Positions 50,980-61,730 of a DNA stretch of 64,000 bases are shown piece after piece (positions within the stretch are counted from its first letter, which is position 1; every line of letters begins with the position of its first letter). The translations under genes were made by a program, and so were the position numbers. Source of the DNA: Phyllobates terribilis. Lineage: Eukaryota. Under the pieces are notes generated by a model. It saw only the letters and a list, made by a program, of their open reading frames with translations, ran no database searches and was not told where the DNA came from. The DNA lies in contig NW_027362764.1 of assembly GCF_046119375.1 (NCBI RefSeq), positions 496,992,001 to 497,056,000 of the forward strand, in the 5' to 3' direction.

Positions 50980-52144
50980 CAGGTGCATCTCACTAAATTA
51001 GAATATAATCAAAAAGTTAATTTATTTCAGTTCTTCAATACAAAAAGTGAAACTCATATAGAGTCATTACAAACAGAGTGATCTATTTCAAGTGTTTAAT
51101 TCAGTTAATGTTGATGATTATGGCTTACAGCCAATGAAAATGACTTTTGTGTTATCTCAGTAAATTAGAATAATTAACAAAAAACACCTGCAAAGGCTTC
51201 CTAAGCATTTAAAAAGGTCCCTTAGTCTGTTTCAGTAGGCTCCACAATCATGGGGAACACTGCTGACTTGACAGATGTCCAGAAGGCAGTCATTGACGCA
51301 CTCCACAAGGTCCCAGAGTTCCAATTTTCATTTGGAAATCAAGGTCCCAGAGTCTGGAGGAAGAGTGGAGAGGCCACAATCCAAGCTGCTTGAGGTCTAG
51401 TGTGAAGTTTCCACAATCGGTGATGGTTTGGGGAGCCATGTCATCTGCTGGTGTAGGTCCACTGTGTTTTATCAAGACCAAAGTCAGCACAGCCATCTGC
51501 CAGGAAATTTTAGAGCACTTCATGCTTCCCTCTGCGGACAAGCTTTTTGGAGATGGAAATTTCATTCTCCAGCAGGACTTGGCACCTGTCCACACTGCCT
51601 AAAGTACCAATACCTGGTTTACACACAACAGTATCACTGTGCTTGATTGGCCAGCAAACTCGTCTGACCTTAACCCCATAGAGAATCTATGGGGTATTTT
51701 CAAGAGGAAAATGAGACACCAGATCCAACAAGGCAGATGACCTGAAGGCTGCTATCAAAGCAACCTGGGCTTCCATAACACCTCAGCAGTGCCACAGGCT
51801 GATCGCCTCCATGCCACGCCGCATTGATGCAGTAATTGATGCAAAAGGAGCCCCGACCAAGTATTGAAGGCATTTACTGAACATACATTTCAGTAGGCCA
51901 ACATTTCAGATTTTAAAATAATTTTTCAAGCTGTTGCTATAAAGTATTCTAATTTACTGAGATAATGACTTTTGTGTTTTCATTGGCTGTAAACCATAAT
52001 CATCAACATTAACAGAAATAAACACTTGAAATAGATCACTCTGTTTGTAATGATTCTATATAATATATCAGTTTCACTTTTTGTATTGAAGAACTGAAAT
52101 AAATAAACTTTTTGATGATATTCTAATTTAGTGAGATGCACCGG
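50980..52144 (+). mobile_element. Internally deleted Tc1-like element with long TIRs
   Basis: TA|CAGGTGCATCTCACTAAATTAGAATAT ... ATATTCTAATTTAGTGAGATGCACCGG|TA; C-terminal transposase remnant (ILQQDLAPVH, WPANSSDLNPIENLW). Confidence 0.9.
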
Positions 52145-52431
52145 TATGTATGAACATAGTCCATTCAGTTGGTCAGGGCCTCTATGGACTAGTCAGAAAA
52201 TGATCACCTTTTAACATCAATTATTCTGATTGGGGAACAATAATGAATAAATATACATTTATGAGCAAGCTTTCAGGATGTGTCAGTGTACATGATATCA
52301 AACCACTTGAATAGTTTTGCAGTTTGAATTTTCATTCAGTCAAGAATTAAATCACCAAATCTATATGATTTACTGTAGCTGCACAAGGAAGACAGCTCCG
52401 CAATGATGTTGGTGCTCTTGCATATTCTTTG

Positions 52432-54422
52432 CACTGCAGCGCTCCTCCCCTGCAGCAGAGTGCGCACCTTCATTGTGGTTTTCCGTACACAGCAGCGCTC
52501 CTCCCCTGCAGCAGAGGGCGAACCTTCATTGTGGTTTTCCGTACACTGCAGCGCTCCTCCGGTGCAGCAGAGGGCGCTCCTGCATTGTGGTTTTCCGTAC
52601 ACTGCAGCGCTCCTCCCCTGCAGCAGAGTGCGCACCTTCATTGTGGTTTTCCGTACACAGCAGCGCTCCTCCCCTGCAGCAGAGGGCGCACCTTCATTGT
52701 GGTTTTCCGTACACTGCAGCGTTCCTCCCGTGCAGCAGAGGGCGCACCTTCATTGTGGTTTTCCGTACACTGCAGCATTCCTCCCGTGCAGCAGAGGGCG
52801 CTCCTGCATTGTGGTTTTCCGTACACTGCAGCGTTCCTCCCGTGCAGCAGAGGGCGCACCTTCATTGTGGTTTTCCGTACACTGCAGCGTTCCTCCCGTG
52901 CAGCAGAGGGCGCACCTTCATTGTGGTTTTCCGTACACAGCAGCGCTCCTCCCCTGCAGCAGAGGGCGCTCCTGCATTGTGGTTTTCCGTACACTGCAGC
53001 GCTTCTACCCTGCAGCAGAGGGCGCTCCTGCATTGTGGTTTTCCGTACACTGCAGCGCTTCTACCCTGCAGCAGAGGGCGCTCCTGCATTGTGGTTTTCC
53101 GTACACTGCAGCGTTCCTCCAGTGCAGCAGAGGGCGCACCTGCATTGTGGTTTTCCGTACACTGCAGCGTTCCTCCAGTGCAGCAGAGGGCGCTCCTGCA
53201 TTGTGGTTTTCCGTACACTGCAGCGCTCCTCCCCTGCAGCAGAGGGCGCACCTTCATTGTGGTTTTCCGTACACAGCAGCGTTCTTCCAGTGCAGCAGAG
53301 GGCGCTCCTGCATTGTGGTTTTCCGTACACTGCAGCGTTCCTCCAGTGCAGCAGAGGGCGCTCCTGCATTGTGGTTTTCCGTACACTGCAGCGTTCCTCC
53401 GGTGCAGCAGAGGGCGCTCCTGCATTGTGGTTTTCCGTACACTGCAGCGTTCCTCCGGTGCAGCAGAGGGCGCTCCTGCATTGTGGTTTTCCGTACATTG
53501 CAGCGGTCCTCCCAGCAGCAGAGGGCGCACCTGCATTGTAACTGTCCTTACACAGCAGCGTTCCTCCACTGCAGCAGAGGGCGCTCCTGCATTGTGGTTT
53601 TCCGTACACTGCAGCGTTCCTCCAGTGCAGCAGAGGGCGCTCCTGCATTGTAGTTTTCCGTACACTGCAGCGTTCCTCCAGTGCAGCAGAGGGCGCTCCT
53701 GCATTGTGGTTTTCCGTACACTGCAGCGTTCCTCCAGTGCAGCAGAGGGCGCTCCTGCATTGTGGTTTTCCGTACACTGCAGCGTTCCTCCGGTGCAGCA
53801 GAGGGCGCTCCTGCATTGTGGTTTTCCGTACACTGCAGCGTTCCTCCAGTGCAACAGAGGACGCTCCTGCATTGTAGTTTTCCGTACACTGCAGCGTTCC
53901 TCCGGTGCAGCAGAGGGCGCTCCTGCATTGTGGTTTTCCGTACATTGCAGCGGTCCTCCCTGCAGCAGAGGGCGCACCTGCATTGTAACTGTCCTTACAC
54001 AGCAGCGTTCCTCCAGTGCAGCAGGGGGCGCACCTGCATTGTGGGTTTCCGTACACTGCAGCGTTCCTCCAGTGCAGCAGAGGGCGCTCCTGCATTGTGG
54101 TTTTCCGTACACTGCAGCGGTCCTCCCTGCAGCAGAGGGCGCTCCTGCATTGTAACTTTCCGTACACTGCAGCGGTCCTCCCTGCAGCAGAGGGCGCTCC
54201 TGCATTGTAACTTTCCGTACACTGCAGCGGTCCTCCCTGCAGCAGAGGGCGCTCCTGCATTGTGGTTTTCCGTACACTGCAGCGCTCCTCCCCTGCAGCA
54301 GAGGGCGCTGCTGCATTGTAACTTTCCGTACACTGCAGCACTCCTCACATGTAGCAGAGGGCGCTCCTGCAGTGTAGCGTTAGAAGACTTGCAGCGCTCC
54401 TCCCGTGCAGCAGAGGGCGCTC
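52432..54422 (+). repeat. 56-bp minisatellite, about 35 copies, with a CTCF-like motif in nearly every unit
   Basis: Unit GCAGCAGAGGGCGCTCCTGCATTGTGGTTTTCCGTACACTGCAGCGTTCCTCCAGT; period 56 (53404 to 53460). Confidence 0.96.
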
Positions 54423-54511
54423 TACGTTCACTATCACGTCGATCACACTGGTGCAGGTTGTTGGTTTCTGGTCTTCCTCTTCCGGTGGTCAGCTGACGTT
54501 TGCGGAGAAGC
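54423..54511 (+). promoter_or_regulatory. NOL7: Minimal unique NOL7 core promoter / 5' UTR
   Basis: ETS/GABP-like CTTCCGG (54479-54485) and CRE-like TGACGT (54494-54499) within the roughly 90 bp between the array and the ATG. Confidence 0.55.
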
Positions 54512-54630
54512 ATGACTCCTGAGCACGAACTGGAGAGTGAGGAGGATGAAGCGCCGGAGGAGGTGACCTTCCACAGCGCTAAGAGCCGGGCGGAGGAGAG
54601 TGCGCGGGTCAGACGGGAGGCGGCCAGCAG
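54512..54630 (+). CDS. NOL7: NOL7 (nucleolar protein 7) first coding exon (119 nt); later exons lie beyond the window
   Basis: MTPEHELESEEDEAPEEVTFHSAKSRAEESARVRREAASR matches the remembered NOL7 motif DEAPEELTF. Donor AG|GTAAGA at 54631. Synteny downstream of SIRT5. Confidence 0.85.
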
Positions 54631-54769
54631 GTAAGAGGGCACATATCACCGAGCTTTCCGGTGGTTGCAGACGCGTGTATTTTCTAGTGATCGGCTGACC
54701 AACGGGTCGTATGCTCTAGGTAAGTGTGATGTGTGGTCCCTCAGCAGCACTCATCTATGTAACATGTCA

Positions 54770-57700
54770 TCCTGAGTGACCGGCAGGGGGAGCCGCGTGT
54801 GTAATGTATCACATCCCGAGAGTAACCGGCAGGGGGAGCCACGTGTGTAATGTATCACATCCCGAGAGTGACCGGCAGGGGGAGCCACGTGTGTAATGTA
54901 TCACATCCCGAGAGTGACTGGCAGGGGGAGCTGCGTGTGTAATGTATCACATCCCGAGAGTGACCGGCAGGGGGCGCTACGTGTGTAATGTATCACATCC
55001 CGAGAGTAACCGGCAGGGGGAGCCACGTGTGTAATGTATCACATCCCGAGAGTGACCGGCAGGGGGAGCCACGTGTGTAATGTATCACATCCTGAGAGTG
55101 ACCGGCAGGGGGCGCTACGTGTGTAATGTATCACATCCCGAGAGTGACTGGCAGGGGGCGCTGCGTGTGTAATGTATCACATCCCGAGAGCGACCGGCAG
55201 GGGGAGCTGCGTGTGTAATGTATCACATCCCGAGAGTGACCAGCAGGGGGAGCTGCGTGTGTAATGTATCACATCCTGAGAGTGACCGGCAGGGGGAGCT
55301 GCGTGTGTAATGTATCACATCCTGAGAGTGACCGGCAGGGGGAGCTGCGTGTGTAATGTATCACATCCCGAGAGTGACCGGCAGGGGGAGCTGTGTGTGT
55401 AATGTATCACATCCCGAGAGTGACCGGCAGGGGGAGCCGCGTGTGTAATGTATCACATCCCGAGAGTGACCGGCAGGGGGCGCTACGTGTGTAATGTATC
55501 ACATCCCGAGAGTAACCGGCAGGGGGAGCCACGTGTGTAATGTATCACATCCCGAGAGTGACCGGCAGGGGGCGCTGCGTGTGTAATGTATCACATCCCG
55601 AGAGTGACCGGCAGGGGGAGCCGCGTGTGTAATGTATCACATCCCGAGAGTGACCGGCAGGGGGAGCTGCGTGTGTAATGTATCGCATCCTGAGAGTGAC
55701 CGGCAGGGGGCGCTGCGTGTGTAATGTATCGCATCCCGAGAGTGACCGGCAGGGGGCGCTGCGTGTGTAATGTATCGCATCCTGAGAGTGACCGGCAGGG
55801 GGCGCTGCGTGTGTAATGTATCGCATCCCGAGAGTGACCGGCAGGGGGAGCCGCGTGTGTAATGTATCGCATCCCGAGAGTGACCGGCAGGGGGAGCCGC
55901 GTGTGTAATGTATCGCATCCCGAGAGTGACCGGCAGGGGGAGCCACGTGTGTAATGTATCACATCCCGAGAGTGACTGGCAGGGGGAGCCGCGTGTGTAA
56001 TGTATCACATCCCGAGAGTGACCGGCAGGGGGCGCTGCGTGTGTAATGTATCACATCCCGAGAGTGACCGGCAGGGGGAGCCGCGTGTGTAATGTATCAC
56101 ATCCCGAGAGTGACCGGCAGGGGGAGCTGTGTGTGTAATGTATCACATCCCGAGAGTGACCGGCAGGGGGAGCCGCGTGTGTAATGTATCACATCCCGAG
56201 AGTGACCGGCAGGGGGAGCCGCGTGTGTAATGTATCGCATCCTGAGAGTGACCGGCAGGGGGAGCTGCGTGTGTAATGTATCGCATCCTGAGAGTGACCG
56301 GCAGGGGGCGCTGCGTGTGTAATGTATCGCATCCCGAGAGTGACCGGCAGGGGGAGCTGCGTGTGTAATGTATCACATCCCGAGAGTGACCGGCAGGGGG
56401 AGCCGCGTGTGTAATGTATCACATCCCGAGAGTGACCGGCAGGGGGAGCCGCGTGTGTAATGTATCACATCCCGAGAGTGACCGGCAGGGGGAGCCGCGT
56501 GTGTAATGTATCACATCCCGAGAGTGACCGGCAGGGGGAGCCGCGTGTGTAATGTATCACATCCCGAGAGTGACCGGCAGGGGGAGCCGCGTGTGTAATG
56601 TATCACATCCCGAGAGTGACCGGCAGGGGGCGCTGCGTGTGTAATGTATCACATCCCGAGAGTGACCGGCAGGGGGAGCCGCGTGTGTAATGTATCACAT
56701 CCCGAGAGTGACCGGCAGGGGGAGCTGTGTGTGTAATGTATCACATCCCGAGAGTGACCGGCAGGGGGAGCCACGTGTGTAATGTATCACATCCCGAGAG
56801 TGACCGGCAGGGGGAGCCGCGTGTGTAATGTATCACATCCCGAGAGTGACTGGCAGGGGGAGCTGCGTGTGTAATGTATCACATCCCGAGAGTGACCGGC
56901 AGGGGGCGCTGCGTGTGTAATGTATCACATCCCGAGAGTGACCGGCAGGGGGAGCCGCGTGTGTAATGTATCACATCCCGAGAGTGACCAGCAGGGGGAG
57001 CTGTGTGTGTAATGTATCACATCCCGAGAGTGACCGGCAGGGGGAGCTGCGTGTGTAATGTATCACATCCCGAGAGTGACCAGCAGGGGGAGCTGCGTGT
57101 GTAATGTATCACATCCCGAGAGTGACCAGCAGGGGGAGCTGTGTGTGTAATGTATCACATCCCGAGAGTGACCAGCAGGGGGAGCCGCGTGTGTAATGTA
57201 TCACATCCCGAGAGTGACTGGCAGGGGGCGCTGTGTGTGTAATGTATTTCATCCTCAGGGAGAGCTGTGTGTGTAATGTATCACATCCCGAGAGTGACCG
57301 GCAGGGGGAGCTGTGTGTGTAATGTATCACATCCCGAGAGTGACCGGCAGGGGGAGCTGTGTGTGTAATGTATCACATCCCGAGAGTGACCGGCAGGGGG
57401 AGCTGTGTGTGTAATGTATCACATCCCGAGAGTGACCGGCAGGGGGAGCTGTGTGTGTAATGTATCACATCCCGAGAGTGACCGGCAGGGGGAGCCACGT
57501 GTGTAATGTATCACATCCTGAGAGTGACCAGCAGGGGGAGCTGTGTGTGTAATGTATCACATCCCGAGAGTGACCGGCAGGGGGAGCTGCGTGTGTAATG
57601 TATCACATCCCGAGAGTGACCAGCAGGGGGAGCTGTGTGTGTAATGTATCACATCCCGAGAGTGACCAGCAGGGGGAGCCGCGTGTGTAATGTATCACAT

Positions 57701-60700
57701 CCCGAGAGTGACTGGCAGGGGGCGCTGTGTGTGTAATGTATTTCATCCTCAGGGAGAGCTGTGTGTGTAATGTATCACATCCCGAGAGTGACCGGCAGGG
57801 GGAGCTGTGTGTGTAATGTATCACATCCCGAGAGTGACCGGCAGGGGGAGCTGCGTGTGTAATGTATCACATCCCGAGAGTGACCGGCAGGGGGAGCTGC
57901 GTGTGTAATGTATCACATCCCGAGAGTGACCAGCAGGGGGAGCTGTGTGTGTAATGTATCACATCCCGAGAGTGACCAGCAGGGGGAGCCGCGTGTGTAA
58001 TGTATCACATCCCGAGAGTGACTGGCAGGGGGCGCTGTGTGTGTAATGTATTTCATCCTCAGGGAGAGCTGTGTGTGTAATGTATCACATCCCGAGAGTG
58101 ACCGGCAGGGGGAGCTGTGTGTGTAATGTATCACATCCCGAGAGTGACCGGCAGGGGGAGCCGCGTGTGTAATGTATCACATCCCGAGAGTGACCGGCAG
58201 GGGGAGCCACGTGTGTAATGTATCACATCCTGAGAGTGACCGGCAGGGGGCGCTACGTGTGTAATGTATCACATCCCGAGAGTGACTGGCAGGGGGCGCT
58301 GCGTGTGTAATGTATCACATCCCGAGAGCGACCGGCAGGGGGAGCTGCGTGTGTAATGTATCACATCCCGAGAGTGACCAGCAGGGGGAGCTGCGTGTGT
58401 AATGTATCACATCCTGAGAGTGACCGGCAGGGGGAGCTGCGTGTGTAATGTATCACATCCTGAGAGTGACCGGCAGGGGGAGCTGCGTGTGTAATGTATC
58501 ACATCCCGAGAGTGACCGGCAGGGGGCGCTGCGTGTGTAATGTATCACATCCCGAGAGTGACCAGCAGGGGGAGCCACGTGTGTAATGTATCACATCCCG
58601 AGAGTGACCGGCAGGGGGAGCCACGTGTGTAATGTATCACATCCTGAGAGTGACCGGCAGGGGGAGCTGCGTGTGTAATGTATCACATCCCGAGAGTGAC
58701 CGGCAGGGGGAGCCACGTGTGTAATGTATCACATCCTGAGAGTGACCGGCAGGGGGCGCTACGTGTGTAATGTATCACATCCCGAGAGTGACTGGCAGGG
58801 GGCGCTGCGTGTGTAATGTATCACATCCCGAGAGCGACCGGCAGGGGGAGCTGCGTGTGTAATGTATCACATCCCGAGAGTGACCAGCAGGGGGAGCTGC
58901 GTGTGTAATGTATCACATCCTGAGAGTGACCGGCAGGGGGAGCTGCGTGTGTAATGTATCACATCCTGAGAGTGACCGGCAGGGGGAGCTGCGTGTGTAA
59001 TGTATCACATCCCGAGAGTGACCGGCAGGGGGCGCTGCGTGTGTAATGTATCACATCCCGAGAGTGACCAGCAGGGGGAGCTGTGTGTGTAATGTATCAC
59101 ATCCCGAGAGTGACCGGCAGGGGGAGCTGCGTGTGTAATGTATCACATCCCGAGAGTGACCAGCAGGGGGAGCTGTGTGTGTAATGTATCACATCCCGAG
59201 AGTGACCAGCAGGGGGAGCCGCGTGTGTAATGTATCACATCCCGAGAGTGACTGGCAGGGGGCGCTGTGTGTGTAATGTATTTCATCCTCAGGGAGAGCT
59301 GTGTGTGTAATGTATCACATCCCGAGAGTGACCGGCAGGGGGAGCTGTGTGTGTAATGTATCACATCCCGAGAGTGACCGGCAGGGGGAGCTGCGTGTGT
59401 AATGTATCACATCCCGAGAGTGACTGGCAGGGGGCGCTGTGTGTGTAATGTATTTCATCCTCAGGGAGAGCTGTGTGTGTAATGTATCACATCCCGAGAG
59501 TGACCGGCAGGGGGAGCTGCGTGTGTAATGTATCACATCCTGAGAGTGACCGGCAGGGGGAGCTGCGTGTGTAATGTATCACATCCCGAGAGTGACCGGC
59601 AGGGGGCGCTGCGTGTGTAATGTATCACATCCCGAGAGTGACCAGCAGGGGGAGCTGTGTGTGTAATGTATCACATCCCGAGAGTGACCGGCAGGGGGAG
59701 CTGCGTGTGTAATGTATCACATCCCGAGAGTGACCAGCAGGGGGAGCTGTGTGTGTAATGTATCACATCCCGAGAGTGACCAGCAGGGGGAGCCGCGTGT
59801 GTAATGTATCACATCCCGAGAGTGACTGGCAGGGGGCGCTGTGTGTGTAATGTATTTCATCCTCAGGGAGAGCTGTGTGTGTAATGTATCACATCCCGAG
59901 AGTGACCGGCAGGGGGAGCTGCGTGTGTAATGTATCACATCCCGAGAGTGACCAGCAGGGGGAGCTGTGTGTGTAATGTATCACATCCCGAGAGTGACCA
60001 GCAGGGGGAGCCGCGTGTGTAATGTATCACATCCCGAGAGTGACTGGCAGGGGGCGCTGTGTGTGTAATGTATTTCATCCTCAGGGAGAGCTGTGTGTGT
60101 AATGTATCACATCCTGAGAGTGACCGGCAGGGGGAGCTGCGTGTGTAATGTATCACATCCCGAGAGTGACCGGCAGGGGGCGCTGCGTGTGTAATGTATC
60201 ACATCCCGAGAGTGACCAGCAGGGGGAGCTGTGTGTGTAATGTATCACATCCCGAGAGTGACCGGCAGGGGGAGCTGCGTGTGTAATGTATCACATCCTG
60301 AGAGTGACCGGCAGGGGGAGCTGCGTGTGTAATGTATCACATCCTGAGAGTGACCGGCAGGGGGAGCTGCGTGTGTAATGTATCACATCCCGAGAGTGAC
60401 CGGCAGGGGGCGCTGCGTGTGTAATGTATCACATCCCGAGAGTGACCAGCAGGGGGAGCTGTGTGTGTAATGTATCACATCCCGAGAGTGACCGGCAGGG
60501 GGAGCTGCGTGTGTAATGTATCACATCCCGAGAGTGACCAGCAGGGGGAGCTGTGTGTGTAATGTATCACATCCCGAGAGTGACCAGCAGGGGGAGCCGC
60601 GTGTGTAATGTATCACATCCCGAGAGTGACTGGCAGGGGGCGCTGTGTGTGTAATGTATTTCATCCTCAGGGAGAGCTGTGTGTGTAATGTATCACATCC

Positions 60701-60803
60701 CGAGAGTGACCGGCAGGGGGAGCTGTGTGTGTAATGTATCACATCCCAAGAGTGACCAGCAGGGGGCGCTTTGTGTGTAATGTATTTCATCCTCAGGGGG
60801 AGC
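54770..60803 (+). repeat. 46-bp minisatellite, about 130 copies, in NOL7 intron 1, with a CTCF-like core per unit
   Basis: Unit GTGACC(G/A)GCAGGGGG(A/C)GC(C/T)GCGTGTGTAATGTATCACATCCCGAGA; period 46 (56161 to 56207); occasional 34-bp variant units. Confidence 0.97.
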
Positions 60804-60877
60804 GGAGGATGCAGCATTTACATTTTCGGCCTCTTCAGTAAACACTTTTATGCTCATAGACAGTTATTCCAGGCCAA

Positions 60878-61657
60878 GCTGCAGAAACGCTTAAAAAACG
60901 CATGGTAGAAGGCCTGCCATGTTCCCCAATGATAATCCGCATGTGCTGTGTACATGCTGCGGAAATTTCCGCTGCAGGTTATCATTGCGGGAAAAAAACG
61001 CAGCACTACCAATTATTTTGCGGGAGCGCTGCGTTTTCGCCGCCATTGACTTGCATTGGAACGCATGGATTCCGCAAGACTGCCTCTGTACATGCGGAAT
61101 CCAAGCGTTTCAATGTGCGGATGGTACCCGGGTGTGGAGGAGAGGAGACTCTCCTCTGGACCAGGGTACCATAGAACCTGTAAAAAAAAAAAAATGGCCC
61201 CCGCTGCGCTTGTATTTCCTTGCCGGCAGCTCACGGACTGAAGGACCTTCGCTGACGTCATAGTCATGTGACGGCAGGTCCTTCAGTGTAGTCTACCGCG
61301 ATCTGCCGGCAAGGAAGGACGGAGCGAAGCAAGACTGCGGGGGCCATCGGAAGGTAAGTATATATTTATTTTTTACCATTCTTTCGGTCACAGTATATAA
61401 ATCCATGCCGGTTGCATGGATTTATATCGTGTGACCAAGTTGACAAGCACTTTCCAAGTGATGCTAAAATCGCTTGGAAAGCGCTTGTCAACCTGCATGA
61501 GGAAATGCAAGTGAAGAACGCTTCACATCCGCATGTCCCTGGCAGGAAAACGCATGTACAATCCGCATGTACAATCCGCATGCGTTTTTTCTGCCAGGGA
61601 GATGCAGAAACGCTCAGGAAAAAATCCGGAGCATTTCTACATCGTGGGCACATAGCC
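60878..61657. mobile_element. Harbinger-like MITE, inverted relative to 1418-2370, with a rearranged left end
   Basis: Right TIR CGTGGGCACATAGCC|TAA; highly similar to the reverse complement of 1418-2370. Confidence 0.8.
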
Positions 61658-61730
61658 TAAGAAACAGACTGTAGTAAGAGTTTATCTATCTGCAATGAAC
61701 TATTTTACAGACTGGCTCACCAGTACTTAA

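Noticed and set aside
52403-54642. Long ORFs (up to 560 aa) on both strands of the 56-bp array
   Set aside because: The unit simply lacks stop codons. Most of these ORFs do not start at a real ATG, none has a recognisable domain, and none is continuous with NOL7.
1418-61657. Large inverted repeat pair (1418-2370 and 60878-61657) bracketing the gene cluster, as if a composite transposon
   Set aside because: These are two dispersed copies of an abundant MITE family, with no shared TSD, and gene order is the conserved one.
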